A stretch of 64,000 nt of DNA from an uncultured Aquiluna sp. (GTDB lineage Bacteria > Actinomycetota > Actinomycetes > Actinomycetales > Microbacteriaceae): assembly GCA_913775595.1 (NCBI GenBank), contig CAJYLB010000001.1, positions 434,001 through 498,000 on the forward strand, given 5' to 3'. Positions 32,251 to 42,350 of the stretch are shown in pieces. The position numbers and the translations under genes were made by a program. Position 1 is the first letter of the stretch. Every line of letters begins with the position of its first letter. The notes under the pieces are model-generated. The model had not been told where the DNA came from and searched no databases. It saw nothing but the letters and a program-made list of their open reading frames with translations.

Positions 32251-32310
32251 GCCTCTCCAATCGAATACCTATGTTGAGTAGGGACTTCGTCGGCCCAGGC
32301 GTAAAAGCTA
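32251..32310 (-). promoter_or_regulatory. gltB 5' region: putative -10 TAGCTT (lgt stop), hairpin and SD
   Basis: TAGCTT-ttacgcct-GGGCCGACGAAGTCCC-tactcaacataggtattcgatt-GGAGAGG-c-ATG. Confidence 0.4.
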
Positions 32311-33210
32311 GCTGTTCTTTTCCTCGGCAGAGTCTACTGCGAGAGGTTCGTTTGTGCCCTCAGGAGCAGGTTCTCTGCCGGGCATCCAGATGGATGGTTC
32401 TAGGCCAGGGTGGCGGCGCGATTGAACCAAGAAAATCAAGATTCCTAGTGCTAGTCCGATCAACGCTGACCAGATGTTCACTCGGAGACCAAGAATAATC
32501 TCACTTGGGTCGATTCGGATACTTTCAATCCAGATTCTTCCCGTTGAATAAACAATCAAATAAAGCGCGAAGACCTTCCCCCATTGGAGATTTAATCTTG
32601 CGGCAAGCAGCAACATTAGCGCTGCTCCCGTGAGATTCCAGATCATTTCATAGAGGAAAGTCGGATGAAAAAGCAGACCATCCGGCAGGCCATTTGGATA
32701 AGCGGGATTAGTTGACGAGATCTGCAGGCCCCACGGCAGTTCCGTGGGAAGACCAAAGAGTTCCTCGTTGAAGTAGTTTCCGAGCCGCCCGATGCCTTGG
32801 GCAATCAGGATTCCAGGTGCCACTGCGTCGGCGACGGTCAGAAAACGAATGCCTAGCTGCCTAGCACCGATGTAGGCGCCTATCGCTCCGATGGAGATCG
32901 CACCATAAATCGCAAGACCGCCCTCCCAAATTCGCAAGGTGGCTAGTAGGTCTGCGCCCTCATAAAAATAATCGTCTGGATGGGTGACTACGTGGAAGAA
33001 ACGTCCTCCCAAAATGCCGAAAGGTACCGCCCACAGAGCTATGTCCAGCATGCTTCCACGCTCTGCACCGCGCTTATGCAGCTTGCTATCAGCAAGGGCG
33101 GTGGCGATGACTATGCCTGTGAGAATAAACAGAGCGTAGAAGTGAACCCGAACTGGCCCGAGGTCGATGTAGCTAATTTCAGGAGAGGGAATACCCGTTA
33201 GAAAGTCCAC
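32308..33210 (-). CDS. lgt: Prolipoprotein diacylglyceryl transferase
   Basis: Motifs GGRFFHV, RIWEGGLAIYG, QGIGRLGNYFN.ELFG, FHPTFLYE and ESIRID. Confidence 0.96.
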   Translation of the reverse strand: MDFLTGIPSPEISYIDLGPVRVHFYALFILTGIVIATALADSKLHKRGAERGSMLDIALWAVPFGILGGRFFHVVTHPDDYFYEGADLLATLRIWEGGLAIYGAISIGAIGAYIGARQLGIRFLTVADAVAPGILIAQGIGRLGNYFNEELFGLPTELPWGLQISSTNPAYPNGLPDGLLFHPTFLYEMIWNLTGAALMLLLAARLNLQWGKVFALYLIVYSTGRIWIESIRIDPSEIILGLRVNIWSALIGLALGILIFLVQSRRHPGLEPSIWMPGREPAPEGTNEPLAVDSAEEKNS

Positions 33211-33214
33211 CTGT

Positions 33215-33991
33215 TTAGCCTAAACCACTTGCTAACTCTCGAGTTTTCTCAACCAGGGCCTCAAGTCCGCCAGCTTCGTAGGCTGCAATCAGAGCCGTAC
33301 CGACTATTGCCCCATCGGCGTAGCTATTGACATCCCTGACCTGTTCCCCAGTAGAAACCCCCACCCCAACGCATGTTGGAGATTTGCCTACAGCTCTAAC
33401 TCGCGTCGCCACCTCGCGAGCCAACTTATCAACCTCAGCCCTTTCTCCGGTGATACCCATGGTTGAAACCGAGTAGACAAACCCGCGAGAAGCCGCAGTA
33501 TTGGCGGCGACGCGATCATCCGAGCTACTCGGGGCAACCAGAAACACGCGATCTAGGTCGTTTTGATCGGCAGATTCGAGCCATTCACCTGCTTCGTCTG
33601 GAATTAGATCAGGAGTTATCATTCCCTGCGCTCCAGATTCCCTCAGCGCCTGGGAGAACCTCTGCACTCCGTAGCGAAGCACTGGGTTGTAGTAGCTCAT
33701 TACGAGCATCGGGGTCTCCACACGAGCTCGCACACCTCTGATGACCTCAAAGAGCTGATCAAGTTTGAAGCCATTTTCAAGTGCCTTCTCTGTGGCCTTT
33801 TGAATTACAAGTCCGTCCATGACTGGATCCGAATAGGGAACCCCGACCTCCAGAATGTCGCACCCGTTCTCTGCGAGTGCAACGAAAGCGTCAATTGAGT
33901 CCTCGACTGTCGGATAGCCAGCTGGGAAGTAACCCACCAGGGTCCCCCTCCCGCTCGCCTTGTTTGTCTCTAGGACCGATTGAACGCTCAT
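33215..33991 (-). CDS. trpA: Tryptophan synthase alpha chain
   Basis: Motifs [29 protein letters not shown] and ADGAIVG. Confidence 0.97.
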   Translation of the reverse strand: MSVQSVLETNKASGRGTLVGYFPAGYPTVEDSIDAFVALAENGCDILEVGVPYSDPVMDGLVIQKATEKALENGFKLDQLFEVIRGVRARVETPMLVMSYYNPVLRYGVQRFSQALRESGAQGMITPDLIPDEAGEWLESADQNDLDRVFLVAPSSSDDRVAANTAASRGFVYSVSTMGITGERAEVDKLAREVATRVRAVGKSPTCVGVGVSTGEQVRDVNSYADGAIVGTALIAAYEAGGLEALVEKTRELASGLG

Positions 33992-35190
33992 GCGCCTAAG
34001 AGCCCGAAGTAACGACCTGCAGTTTCCATGTCCTTGTCGCCTCTCCCCGAGAGGTTCACAAGCACTGACGCTCCCTTTGGTAATACCTTGGCAAGGTGGG
34101 GTATGCCTGCAAGAGCGTGGGCAGTCTCAATGGCAGGAATGATGCCCTCTGTCTGGGAGAGAAGTCGCATGGCATCCATTGCTTCCTTATCGGTTACGCC
34201 GTGGTACTGGGCGCGACCGAGGTCCTTCAACCAAGAGTGCTCGGGCCCAACGCCGGGGTAGTCGAGCCCCGCCGATATTGAATGCGACTCTGAGGTCTGG
34301 CCGTCCTCATCCTGAAGCATGTAACTCTTCGCACCGTGCAGAACTCCGGGCACACCCCGACTGAGAGTTGCAGCGTGCATTGGGGTGTCAATGCCGTCAC
34401 CCGCTGCCTCAAAGCCCCACAGCTGAACCTCGGGATCGTCCAGGAATGCGTGGAAAATACCGATTGCGTTTGAGCCCCCACCAACACACGCTGCAACTGC
34501 GGCAGGCAGCTCCCCCGTGAGCTCAAGCAGCTGTTCCTTGCTCTCTTTGCCAATGATGCTGTGAAAGTCTCGGACCATAGTTGGGAAAGGATGCGGTCCA
34601 GCAACGGTTCCAAGCAGATAGTGGGTTGTTGCAACATTGGCCACCCAATCGCGTAATGCTTCGTTGATGGCGTCTTTGAGAGTCCTTGACCCTGTCTTGA
34701 CTGCGACCACCTCTGCGCCAAGTAATTTCATGCGCGCGACATTGAGGGCCTGGCGCTCAGTGTCGACCTCGCCCATGTAAACCACGCAGTCCAGTCCAAA
34801 GTATGCTGCCGCAGTTGCTGAAGCCACTCCGTGCTGGCCCGCGCCGGTTTCAGCGATTATCCGCTTCTTACCCATTCGCTTGGCAAGCAGTGCCTGCCCC
34901 ATAACATTGTTGATCTTGTGACTACCGGTGTGGTTTAGATCCTCTCGCTTGAGAAAGACTCGCAATCCCCCAGTAGCCGCCGCAAAGCGCGTAGCCTCCG
35001 TGATAATCGATGGCCTGCCGGTGTAATTCCTGTGCAAATCGGCCAGCTCGTTCTGAAATGCCTCATCTTTTTTCGCAACTTCATAGACCTCGGCCAGTTG
35101 GTCAAGAGCGGCAATCAGGGGTTCAGGCACAAAACGGCCTCCGTACTCGCCAAAGTACGGGCCAACCTGCTCACCTAGCTTTTGGGACAT
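33988..35190 (-). CDS. trpB: Tryptophan synthase beta chain
   Basis: Motifs [43 protein letters not shown] and NLSGRGDKD. Confidence 0.98.
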   Translation of the reverse strand: MSQKLGEQVGPYFGEYGGRFVPEPLIAALDQLAEVYEVAKKDEAFQNELADLHRNYTGRPSIITEATRFAAATGGLRVFLKREDLNHTGSHKINNVMGQALLAKRMGKKRIIAETGAGQHGVASATAAAYFGLDCVVYMGEVDTERQALNVARMKLLGAEVVAVKTGSRTLKDAINEALRDWVANVATTHYLLGTVAGPHPFPTMVRDFHSIIGKESKEQLLELTGELPAAVAACVGGGSNAIGIFHAFLDDPEVQLWGFEAAGDGIDTPMHAATLSRGVPGVLHGAKSYMLQDEDGQTSESHSISAGLDYPGVGPEHSWLKDLGRAQYHGVTDKEAMDAMRLLSQTEGIIPAIETAHALAGIPHLAKVLPKGASVLVNLSGRGDKDMETAGRYFGLLGA

Positions 35191-35202
35191 GGGTAAATCC
35201 TA
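35191..35202 (-). promoter_or_regulatory. Putative leaderless promoter of trpBA; -10 TAGGAT begins with the trpC stop
   Basis: TAGGAT-ttaccc-ATG, no SD. Confidence 0.55.
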
Positions 35203-35973
35203 AGAGACTGAAATGAATTGAGGAATCAAAGACTTCCAGTCACCGGTTACTAGGGCCTCTCCAACAAGCACGCAATCAGCACCAGCATTCCGGTAGCGCT
35301 CAACATCGCCAACGTTCTTGACAGATGACTCGGCAATTTTGATGCACTCCTGGGGCAGCTCTGCCGCCAAGGACTCGAAAAGTCCAATGTCGGTCCTAAA
35401 TGTCTCCAGGTCTCGCGTATTGATTCCAATGAGTCGCGCGCCAGATTCGGCCGCAATCTGAATCTCCCTGTCGCTATGCGTTTCAACCAGAGGCTCCAGG
35501 CCAATTGACCTCGCAAATGCAAACAGGTCTCTGTATTCAGATTCTGATAGGTGCGCAAGTATCAAAAGGACCATTGACGCACCTGCGGCCCGAGCCTCAA
35601 GAATCTGATACTCGTTTGAGATGAAATCCTTTCGAAGTGTGGGAATCGACACAGCACTACTGACCTTTTTCAGGTCCTCAAGGCTTCCGCTGAACCCCGT
35701 TTCCTCAGTGAGCACCGAAATTGCGTGGGCTCCAGCTCTCTCATATCCCAAACCAAGCGCCTGGGAGTCTGATATTTCAGCGAGAAAACCTTTGGAGGGG
35801 CTTGAGCGTTTAATCTCCGCGATTAGTTTCATCGTGGAGCTGGGCGCAAGAGCCTTTAGGGCGTCAACTGCTGGATCTAGGGCTTCACATAGCTTCTCTA
35901 GATCTGACCGAGAAACTGCCTTCTCGCGAGTGTTTGACGCTTCAAGGCTCGCTTCAAAAAGTACCTGGAGCAC
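35200..35973 (-). CDS. trpC: Indole-3-glycerol phosphate synthase
   Basis: Motifs IAEIKRSSPSKG, ISVLTE, LRKDFI, GINTRDL and LVGEALV. Confidence 0.96.
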   Translation of the reverse strand: MLQVLFEASLEASNTREKAVSRSDLEKLCEALDPAVDALKALAPSSTMKLIAEIKRSSPSKGFLAEISDSQALGLGYERAGAHAISVLTEETGFSGSLEDLKKVSSAVSIPTLRKDFISNEYQILEARAAGASMVLLILAHLSESEYRDLFAFARSIGLEPLVETHSDREIQIAAESGARLIGINTRDLETFRTDIGLFESLAAELPQECIKIAESSVKNVGDVERYRNAGADCVLVGEALVTGDWKSLIPQFISVS

Positions 35974-36194
35974 TAGTGAGATGAGGTCTTGGAGCCACCG
36001 ACTCCGTAGCCAGCTTGCTTCAGAAAGTATCCAACCGCAGGGCTAATGACAGCCAGTCCAGCCGAGAGCCAAACCATCAATGCATTGTCAAGCCAGAAAA
36101 AGAGAGTTCCTACTGCAAAAGCAAGTGTTACAAGACCTACTGTTACCCAAGCTGCCAGTGAGTTGCCGTGGCCCGGCTCTTCGTTATGGGACAT
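35973..36194 (-). CDS. Small two-TM membrane protein (DUF6704/HGxxPAAW-like)
   Basis: GHGNSLAAW motif, two hydrophobic segments, GYGV tail; conserved position before trpC in actinobacteria. Confidence 0.8.
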   Translation of the reverse strand: MSHNEEPGHGNSLAAWVTVGLVTLAFAVGTLFFWLDNALMVWLSAGLAVISPAVGYFLKQAGYGVGGSKTSSH

Positions 36195-36226
36195 CTTTTC
36201 CTCTCGAATTAGTCAAATGATACCAA

Positions 36227-36703
36227 CTACTCCGACTGCTCGTCCCAAAGGTCCCTGTTGTCGGTCTCACTTCCCTCAGTAGCCCCTGTAATCGGCTTTT
36301 CTTTCTGAAACAGAAGTGCTATTGAGAATACTGCAAGCGCCAGGCCGACCACGCCGAAGACTGTTGCAGTTGGTGAGAGAGCGGCGGTAATCTCGCCCCC
36401 TCCTGCGATTCCTGAGATTCTTTCCCTGGCTTCGATGACAGCGGGCGAAGCTTCCAAGTCCCCGACAAGAGCCAGTAGAGAGGAGCTCAGTAGAGCTAGA
36501 GATGAAACAACGAAGAGGAGTTTCGGGAGCTTGCGATAAAGGGCGATGAGTAGGGACAGAGCTGATACGGCAGGTAGCAGGGCCATTGTCTGATTCAGAT
36601 CCGCGCCAATAAGAGACTCGCCTGCAACGCTCACCCAGGGCAATAGCAACAGCGACCACCAGCCGCCGATGAGCAAAATCAGCGTTGTTACGGCTCTAGT
36701 CAT
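36227..36703 (-). CDS. Trp-operon-associated membrane protein
   Basis: Several TM segments, LPWV and C-terminal DLWD; immediately after trpE. Start at ATG 36703 (8-nt overlap with trpE). Confidence 0.75.
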   Translation of the reverse strand: MTRAVTTLILLIGGWWSLLLLPWVSVAGESLIGADLNQTMALLPAVSALSLLIALYRKLPKLLFVVSSLALLSSSLLALVGDLEASPAVIEARERISGIAGGGEITAALSPTATVFGVVGLALAVFSIALLFQKEKPITGATEGSETDNRDLWDEQSE

Positions 36704-38180
36704 TTTGCATCGCGTTAGCGGCAGCCACGGACCTGAGCACAACGGCGGCCTTTGCCTCAGTCTCGGCATGTTCACTTGTTGGAACAGAGTCGAGTACGAT
36801 TCCAGCTCCAGCCTGGATATGGGCAATCCCATCGCGGATCAACGCCGTGCGAATTGCAATTGCAAGATCAGAATTCCCCTCGAAATCAAAGTAGCCCACG
36901 ACACCGCCAAACAGCCCTCTGTAGTCGGACTCAAGGTCGTGAATGATCTCCAGGGCCCGAGGCTTTGGTGCACCTGAAAGGGTTCCGGCTGGGAAAGTAG
37001 CGAGCATTGCGTCAACCGCTGAAACGCCCTCTCGCAGTGTTCCTTCAACTGTTGAGACCAGGTGCATGATGTGGCTGAAGCGGTGAATCTCCATAAACTC
37101 CGTGACCTCAAGGCTCGCGGGTTCGCACACCTTGAGTAGGTCATTTCTGGCAAGGTCAACGAGCATTAGGTGCTCACTTTTTTCCTTGGCGTCCTCACTG
37201 AGTTCCTTTGCGAGCGAAAGATCCTCTGCCGCGGATGCCCCACGCGGCCTTGATCCGGCTATTGGATGTGTAATTGCCTTTCCGCCACTCACTTTAACCA
37301 GCGCCTCGGGCGATGAGCCAACGATGGCGAAATCCCCGCGGTCGTCACTCCAGCGAGTTAGGTACATGTAGGGCGAGGGGTTTGTGGCACGAAGCGCTCG
37401 ATACACGTCCAGCGCATCGGCCTGCAATTCTGCTTCAAACCGCTGTGAGATCACGACCTGGAAGACATCCCCCAGTCGAACGTGATCTCTAGCGGTCTCG
37501 ACCTTCGCAAGGAAGTCACTCTGCTCCGTGTTGGATGAGTACTCCGGATCTGGCCATCTTGGACTCACTAGCTTTGGAGCCAATGGTTCTTCGATGGCCT
37601 TTTGCATGTGGTCAATCGACTCAACAGCAGACCGGTACTGCTCCTCTAGTGTCGATTGCCCATCGACGAAAATAACGCTAACGAGCAAGATCTCTGCTCT
37701 GGAATGATCAAGCACCACTAGGTCAGAAAACTGATTGAAACCAAATAGTGGAAGTTCATAAGCCGCCGGCTTTGCTGCCGGAAGCTCTTCAATTAGATTT
37801 ACGAGTCCCCAGCTTGCAAAACCCACTAGTCCAGAACTGAGTGGAAAATCAACCGGAGCTGAGTGCCAACTGCTTTGTAGCTGCTTCAGTGCCTCAATTG
37901 GATTCTCCGAGAGCTCTGCCTCTGGCGTAGCTGGTGCGTCGGAGATCCAGTTGGCCCTGTCCAGCTGAGCTGTGAGGGTGCCTCGGCTTCTTACTCCAAT
38001 GAAGGAGTACCGGCCCCACACTCCCTGCTCCGCGGACTCTAGAAGAAAAGTGTCCTTTCGCTCCCCACACAGCTTTTGGTACAAGCCAATTGGGGTCTCG
38101 ATGCCGTTGAAGAGCCTTTTAACCACAGGTATTACGTTGTACTGAGTGGCTAGCTGCTCTACCTCGATGAGTTGAATCAA
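36696..38180 (-). CDS. trpE: Anthranilate synthase component I
   Basis: Motifs FLLESAE, FQVVISQRF, NPSPYMY, SSPE, EHLMLVDLARND and PAGTLSGAPK. TTG 38180 is preferred because of a GAGGAG SD and TTGA overlap with the hisI stop. Confidence 0.95.
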   Translation of the reverse strand: MIQLIEVEQLATQYNVIPVVKRLFNGIETPIGLYQKLCGERKDTFLLESAEQGVWGRYSFIGVRSRGTLTAQLDRANWISDAPATPEAELSENPIEALKQLQSSWHSAPVDFPLSSGLVGFASWGLVNLIEELPAAKPAAYELPLFGFNQFSDLVVLDHSRAEILLVSVIFVDGQSTLEEQYRSAVESIDHMQKAIEEPLAPKLVSPRWPDPEYSSNTEQSDFLAKVETARDHVRLGDVFQVVISQRFEAELQADALDVYRALRATNPSPYMYLTRWSDDRGDFAIVGSSPEALVKVSGGKAITHPIAGSRPRGASAAEDLSLAKELSEDAKEKSEHLMLVDLARNDLLKVCEPASLEVTEFMEIHRFSHIMHLVSTVEGTLREGVSAVDAMLATFPAGTLSGAPKPRALEIIHDLESDYRGLFGGVVGYFDFEGNSDLAIAIRTALIRDGIAHIQAGAGIVLDSVPTSEHAETEAKAAVVLRSVAAANAMQND

Positions 38181-38494
38181 TTCTCCTCCTCGAAACATGA
38201 GCGCGTGCCCCTGTGGCAGGTAGGTCCCTCGGGTTGAACAGACACAAGCAGAGCATCGCTGTCGCAGTCCGCCTTGATGTCGACAACATACAGGTAATTG
38301 CCGCTTGTCTCCCCCTTCAGCCAGCGTTGATTGCGCGACCTCGAGAAGAACACCATCCGGCCGTTTGCGAGAGTTTCGTTCAGAGTTTCTTCATTCGCGT
38401 AACCAAGCATAAGAACATCCTTGGTGCGCTCATCCTGGATGATTACCGGGATGAGACCTTGGGGGTCGTAGATCAGTGAGGCAGGGTCGATCAC
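38177..38494 (-). CDS. hisI: Phosphoribosyl-AMP cyclohydrolase
   Basis: Motifs [22 protein letters not shown] and [12 protein letters not shown]. Confidence 0.96.
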   Translation of the reverse strand: MIDPASLIYDPQGLIPVIIQDERTKDVLMLGYANEETLNETLANGRMVFFSRSRNQRWLKGETSGNYLYVVDIKADCDSDALLVSVQPEGPTCHRGTRSCFEEEN

Positions 38495-39249
38495 AACCTC
38501 ACCTCCACGTCCGCATCCGAAAGGGCTTTCTTTACCTCTGCAATACTAAGTTCGCTCTGGTGGAAGACGCTTGCGGCCAGCACGGCGTCGGCTCCCGCCT
38601 TCGCCGCCTCAACAAAGTGCTCTGCGGTTCCTGCGCCTCCAGAGGCGATGATGGGGAGTTTGGAGAACGCTCGGATCTGACTGAGGGGCTCAATGTCAAA
38701 CCCGGTTTTGGTGCCGTCGGCATCGATCGAATTTACTAACAGCTCTCCTGCGCCAAGGTCTTCAACGATTTTGATCCATTTCATAGCGTCAAGTTCGGTC
38801 AGCCTCTTACCCCCATGGCTAGTAACACCAAACCCACTTGGTGTCTGAGCTCGCTTTAGATCAAGAGAAATAACAAGCACCTGGGAGCCATGCTCTGCGA
38901 CAATCTCCCCAAGTAGTGCGGGATTTGAAATGCCTGCGCTACCCACCGATATCTTGTCCGCCCCAGCAGCGAGCAGGGCTGTGACATCATCAAGAGATGA
39001 GATGCCCCCTCCGACGGTTAGTGGGATGAACACCTGTTCCGCGCACTTTGTGACAACATCCAACATCGTTTTTCGGTTCTCGCTTGAGGCGTGCACGTCG
39101 AGGAAAGTAACTTCGTCCGCTCCCTGCGCAAAGTAGCGTGAGGCAAGCTCCACAGGATCACCGATATCTCTGAGATCCTCGAAATTTACCCCCTTGACTA
39201 CCCTTCCATCAGCAACGTCTAGGCACGGTATGACTCGAATCGAGGGCAC
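38491..39249 (-). CDS. hisF: Imidazole glycerol phosphate synthase cyclase subunit
   Basis: Motifs [36 protein letters not shown] and IASGGAG. Confidence 0.97.
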   Translation of the reverse strand: MPSIRVIPCLDVADGRVVKGVNFEDLRDIGDPVELASRYFAQGADEVTFLDVHASSENRKTMLDVVTKCAEQVFIPLTVGGGISSLDDVTALLAAGADKISVGSAGISNPALLGEIVAEHGSQVLVISLDLKRAQTPSGFGVTSHGGKRLTELDAMKWIKIVEDLGAGELLVNSIDADGTKTGFDIEPLSQIRAFSKLPIIASGGAGTAEHFVEAAKAGADAVLAASVFHQSELSIAEVKKALSDADVEVRL

Positions 39250-40091
39250 TAGATTCTCGCAGCGTGAATTGCACTAACGAGAATCGCCCGCGCACCGAGA
39301 TCGTGAAGCTCGTCCATTATCTGGTTAGTTTCCGCAGCTCTAACTAGCGCTCGTATGGCGACCCAATTTTCATCTGCAAGTGGCGAGATAGTTGGGGATT
39401 CAAACCCAGGAGTAATACTCGAAGCCTTGTCCACTAGCTCTTTGGGGCAGTCATAGTCAATGATTACGTACTCGCGTGCGACGATTACTCCCTGCAAGCG
39501 TCGTAGCAACTTCGCGGCAGAGTCGGCCTTACCCGGCGCAGCAATAAGGCGTGCTGTCGAGGCAAGAATTTCAGGGCCAAACACGCTTAGCCCAGCCTTT
39601 CGAAGCGTATTACCAGTTGAAACGACGTCTGCTACCGCATCGGCGACACCCAGCCTTACGGCCGACTCGACTGCGCCATCCAGCCCAACAACCTCGCAAG
39701 CGATGCCATTTGCTTTCAGGTAATCACCAATTAGCGTTGGATAGGCGGTAGCAAGGCGCTTACCAGCCAAATCTGATGGGGAACTAAAACCTGCACCCGG
39801 TTCAGCGGCGAATCTAAAGGTAGATCCGCCAAATCCAAGATCGGCTACCTCTTCGGCGGAAGACCCTGAGTCAAGGAGCAGATCGAGCCCGGTTATACCT
39901 ACATCCAGTGATCCCCTGCCGACGTAAGTGGCAATGTCCCTCGGTCTGAGGTAGAAAAACTCGACGTTATTGGCCTCGTCTACCAGGTGCAGTACTGCGG
40001 CATCTCTTCTGGTTGCGTAGCCCGCCTCCTTGAGCATGGAGATGGCACTGTCAGACAGTATTCCCTTATTGGGGATTGCAACTCGAAGCAT
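39249..40091 (-). CDS. hisG: ATP phosphoribosyltransferase (long form)
   Basis: Motifs [31 protein letters not shown] and [11 protein letters not shown]. Confidence 0.97.
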   Translation of the reverse strand: MLRVAIPNKGILSDSAISMLKEAGYATRRDAAVLHLVDEANNVEFFYLRPRDIATYVGRGSLDVGITGLDLLLDSGSSAEEVADLGFGGSTFRFAAEPGAGFSSPSDLAGKRLATAYPTLIGDYLKANGIACEVVGLDGAVESAVRLGVADAVADVVSTGNTLRKAGLSVFGPEILASTARLIAAPGKADSAAKLLRRLQGVIVAREYVIIDYDCPKELVDKASSITPGFESPTISPLADENWVAIRALVRAAETNQIMDELHDLGARAILVSAIHAARI

Positions 40092-40354
40092 CAGAGCACC
40101 TTTTCCACTTCAGTGATAGAGACTCCCTTGGCAACCAATAGCAACTGCAGGTGATAAATCAGCTGTGATGCCTCAAGCGCAAGGTCCTCATTCGACTCAT
40201 ATTCCGCGGCCATCCAAACCTCTGCTGCCTCCTCAACGATCTTCTTTCCAATTGCGTGGACGCCAGCATCCAAGAGGGCTGCTGAATTGCTGCCAGCAGG
40301 GCGGTCAATGGCGATTTGACTCAGCTCCGAAAAGAGCTCGTTGAAGGATTTCAT
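40091..40354 (-). CDS. hisE: Phosphoribosyl-ATP pyrophosphatase
   Basis: [30 protein letters not shown] and EASQLIYH; start at ATG 40354. Confidence 0.94.
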   Translation of the reverse strand: MKSFNELFSELSQIAIDRPAGSNSAALLDAGVHAIGKKIVEEAAEVWMAAEYESNEDLALEASQLIYHLQLLLVAKGVSITEVEKVL

Positions 40355-40367
40355 GCCCTCTAGATTA
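40355..40367 (-). promoter_or_regulatory. Putative promoter of the his-trp block; -10 TAATCT begins with the rpe stop
   Basis: TAATCT-agagggc-ATG (7-nt spacer). Confidence 0.5.
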
Positions 40368-41024
40368 CTGACTGCTCCCTGCCAGGGCAGATTTTCTGAG
40401 TTCGAGAACACGTGAAGCACGGTCTGCCGACCCAAAAACGGCACTTCCTGCGACGAATGTGTCGGCACCGAGCTTTGCCAACTCGCCAATGTTGTCGTCA
40501 GTAACCCCGCCATCTACTTGGAGAGCGATTTCAAACTTTGAGCCTGAGATAAGTCGTCTTGCCTCAGCAATTTTTGGAAGTGTCTCGTGAATAAGCGGCT
40601 GCCCGCCAAACCCGGGCTCGACTGTCATCACCAGGAGCATGTCGATCTCCTCTAGTAGGCCGCTAATTCGCTCCACAGGGGTTTTTGGCTTAATGGCTAT
40701 TGCCGCCCTTACACCCATGCCACGAAGCCTTCTGCAAGTGGCAACTGGATCTCTCGAGGCTTCAAGGTGGATGGTTACGGACTCTGGCCCTAATTCTGCG
40801 TACTTTGCCGCCTCTAGATCAACGTTTTCAATCATCAGGTGGATGTCGGTCGGAATTGGGGATAGCTGAATCATGCGCTCAACTACGGGCAGCCCAAAGG
40901 TCAGGTTCGGAACGAAGTGGTTATCCATGACATCGAGGTGAGCGGCGTCTGCTGAACTAATGGCGGCCAGCTCCGTCTCAATGTTGCCAAAGTCTGCTGA
41001 CAGAAGTGATGGGTGGATGTGCAC
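40365..41024 (-). CDS. rpe: Ribulose-phosphate 3-epimerase
   Basis: Motifs [40 protein letters not shown] and QVDGG. Confidence 0.97.
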   Translation of the reverse strand: MHIHPSLLSADFGNIETELAAISSADAAHLDVMDNHFVPNLTFGLPVVERMIQLSPIPTDIHLMIENVDLEAAKYAELGPESVTIHLEASRDPVATCRRLRGMGVRAAIAIKPKTPVERISGLLEEIDMLLVMTVEPGFGGQPLIHETLPKIAEARRLISGSKFEIALQVDGGVTDDNIGELAKLGADTFVAGSAVFGSADRASRVLELRKSALAGSSQ

Positions 41025-41036
41025 GTCTAAAGCCTA
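41025..41036 (-). promoter_or_regulatory. Putative leaderless promoter of rpe; -10 TAGGCT begins with the rsmB stop
   Basis: TAGGCT-ttagac-GTG, no SD. Confidence 0.55.
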
Positions 41037-42350
41037 TTTCTTTCTCAGTGCCGCTATGAACATAGCGTCTGTCCCGTGGACGTGCGTCCACAACTGAACA
41101 GTTTTCCTTTTCTGATTTAGGGCTAGTTTCGGCGAAAGTTTCGTCATGACTGGCTTGATGTCAAGCAGCTCGAAATCGCGGTGCTTTGCAAGCGCATCTT
41201 GAACTGGCGTAACCGTTTCCTCAACCAAGGGCGAACAGGTTGCATAAACGACAACGCCTCCCGGCTTTAGAGCCTTGTATGCGGCCTCCAAAAGCTCCCG
41301 TTGAACCGAGGTGAGGCTTGCTAGCTGATCCTGCTTTTTACGGTGTCTGGACTCTGGCTTCCTCCGCACCGACCCAAGTCCAGAGCAGGGCGCATCAAGC
41401 AACACCGTGTCGTAGTGACCGACCTTGGCGTCTTGGCCCGGTGCAACAATGACATTTGCAATTGAGTTGTCCCCCAGCGCGTCTCTAACGAGCCGCGCCC
41501 TGTGTTCCTGAGGTTCCATGCAATCCAAGCCTCCTCGGCTTGGCCTGATGCGGCCCTGAAGGATTGCGGATTTCCCGCCAGGCCCACTGCACATGTCTAG
41601 CGTGCTCCCACCCATGTCGCCGAGCTCAGAAGCTACCAATGCCACCAATTGCGAGCCCAGGTCTTGGACCCGAATGTTTCCAAGCTCAAGGAACGGCTCG
41701 GGGTTTCCATCCACCGCGTAGCCAATAGGAGACTGATCACTGAGATTGAGTCCTTGGTCCTTGAGTGCAGCGGCGGCAGCCTCGTCGGCAGCGGCAAGAA
41801 AGGTCTCTGGAGTCTCATTATTCGACTCCAGCAGCCGAGTTAGTTCATGCTCGCGGCCGTCTAGCCTCATTGACTCGCGCAGTGCTTCGATCACCCAGGC
41901 TGGATGTGAATAGGTGATTGCAAGCCGATTAGTATCCGAATTGTCGCGGCAGATCTCCTCTACGAGTGATTCGAGTCCAGCTCGCTCCGAATTTCTCAGG
42001 ACAGCGTTCACCAGGCCGGCGGCTTTTGGCTCTAACGTCTTTGCAAGGTTTACAGTCTCATTGATTGCCGCGTGAACGGGTATGCGCATGCGAAAGAGTT
42101 GATGAAGCCCCAGTTGTAGAGAGCCCCGAACCTGGTCAGACAGGGTTTTCCCCTTGGTCAAATGGTCGATGATCGCGTCGTATTGAAGCTGCCATCTAAG
42201 CGATCCATAGCTCAGTTCTTGAATCAGACCACGCTCAGAATCAGGCACGCTGTGTCGCGACAGCGTCTTTGGAAGTAGCAGGTTGATGTAGGAGTCACTC
42301 GAGTGAACTCGCATGAGTAGCTCATGAGCAATGAACCTCGAGTTAGCCAA
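41034..42350 (-). CDS. rsmB: 16S rRNA m5C methyltransferase RsmB/Sun (Fmu)
   Basis: NusB-like N-terminus, SHPAW, VQDLGSQ, DMCSGPGGK, LDAPCSGLG and YATCSP; follows fmt. Confidence 0.93.
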   Translation of the reverse strand: MANSRFIAHELLMRVHSSDSYINLLLPKTLSRHSVPDSERGLIQELSYGSLRWQLQYDAIIDHLTKGKTLSDQVRGSLQLGLHQLFRMRIPVHAAINETVNLAKTLEPKAAGLVNAVLRNSERAGLESLVEEICRDNSDTNRLAITYSHPAWVIEALRESMRLDGREHELTRLLESNNETPETFLAAADEAAAAALKDQGLNLSDQSPIGYAVDGNPEPFLELGNIRVQDLGSQLVALVASELGDMGGSTLDMCSGPGGKSAILQGRIRPSRGGLDCMEPQEHRARLVRDALGDNSIANVIVAPGQDAKVGHYDTVLLDAPCSGLGSVRRKPESRHRKKQDQLASLTSVQRELLEAAYKALKPGGVVVYATCSPLVEETVTPVQDALAKHRDFELLDIKPVMTKLSPKLALNQKRKTVQLWTHVHGTDAMFIAALRKK

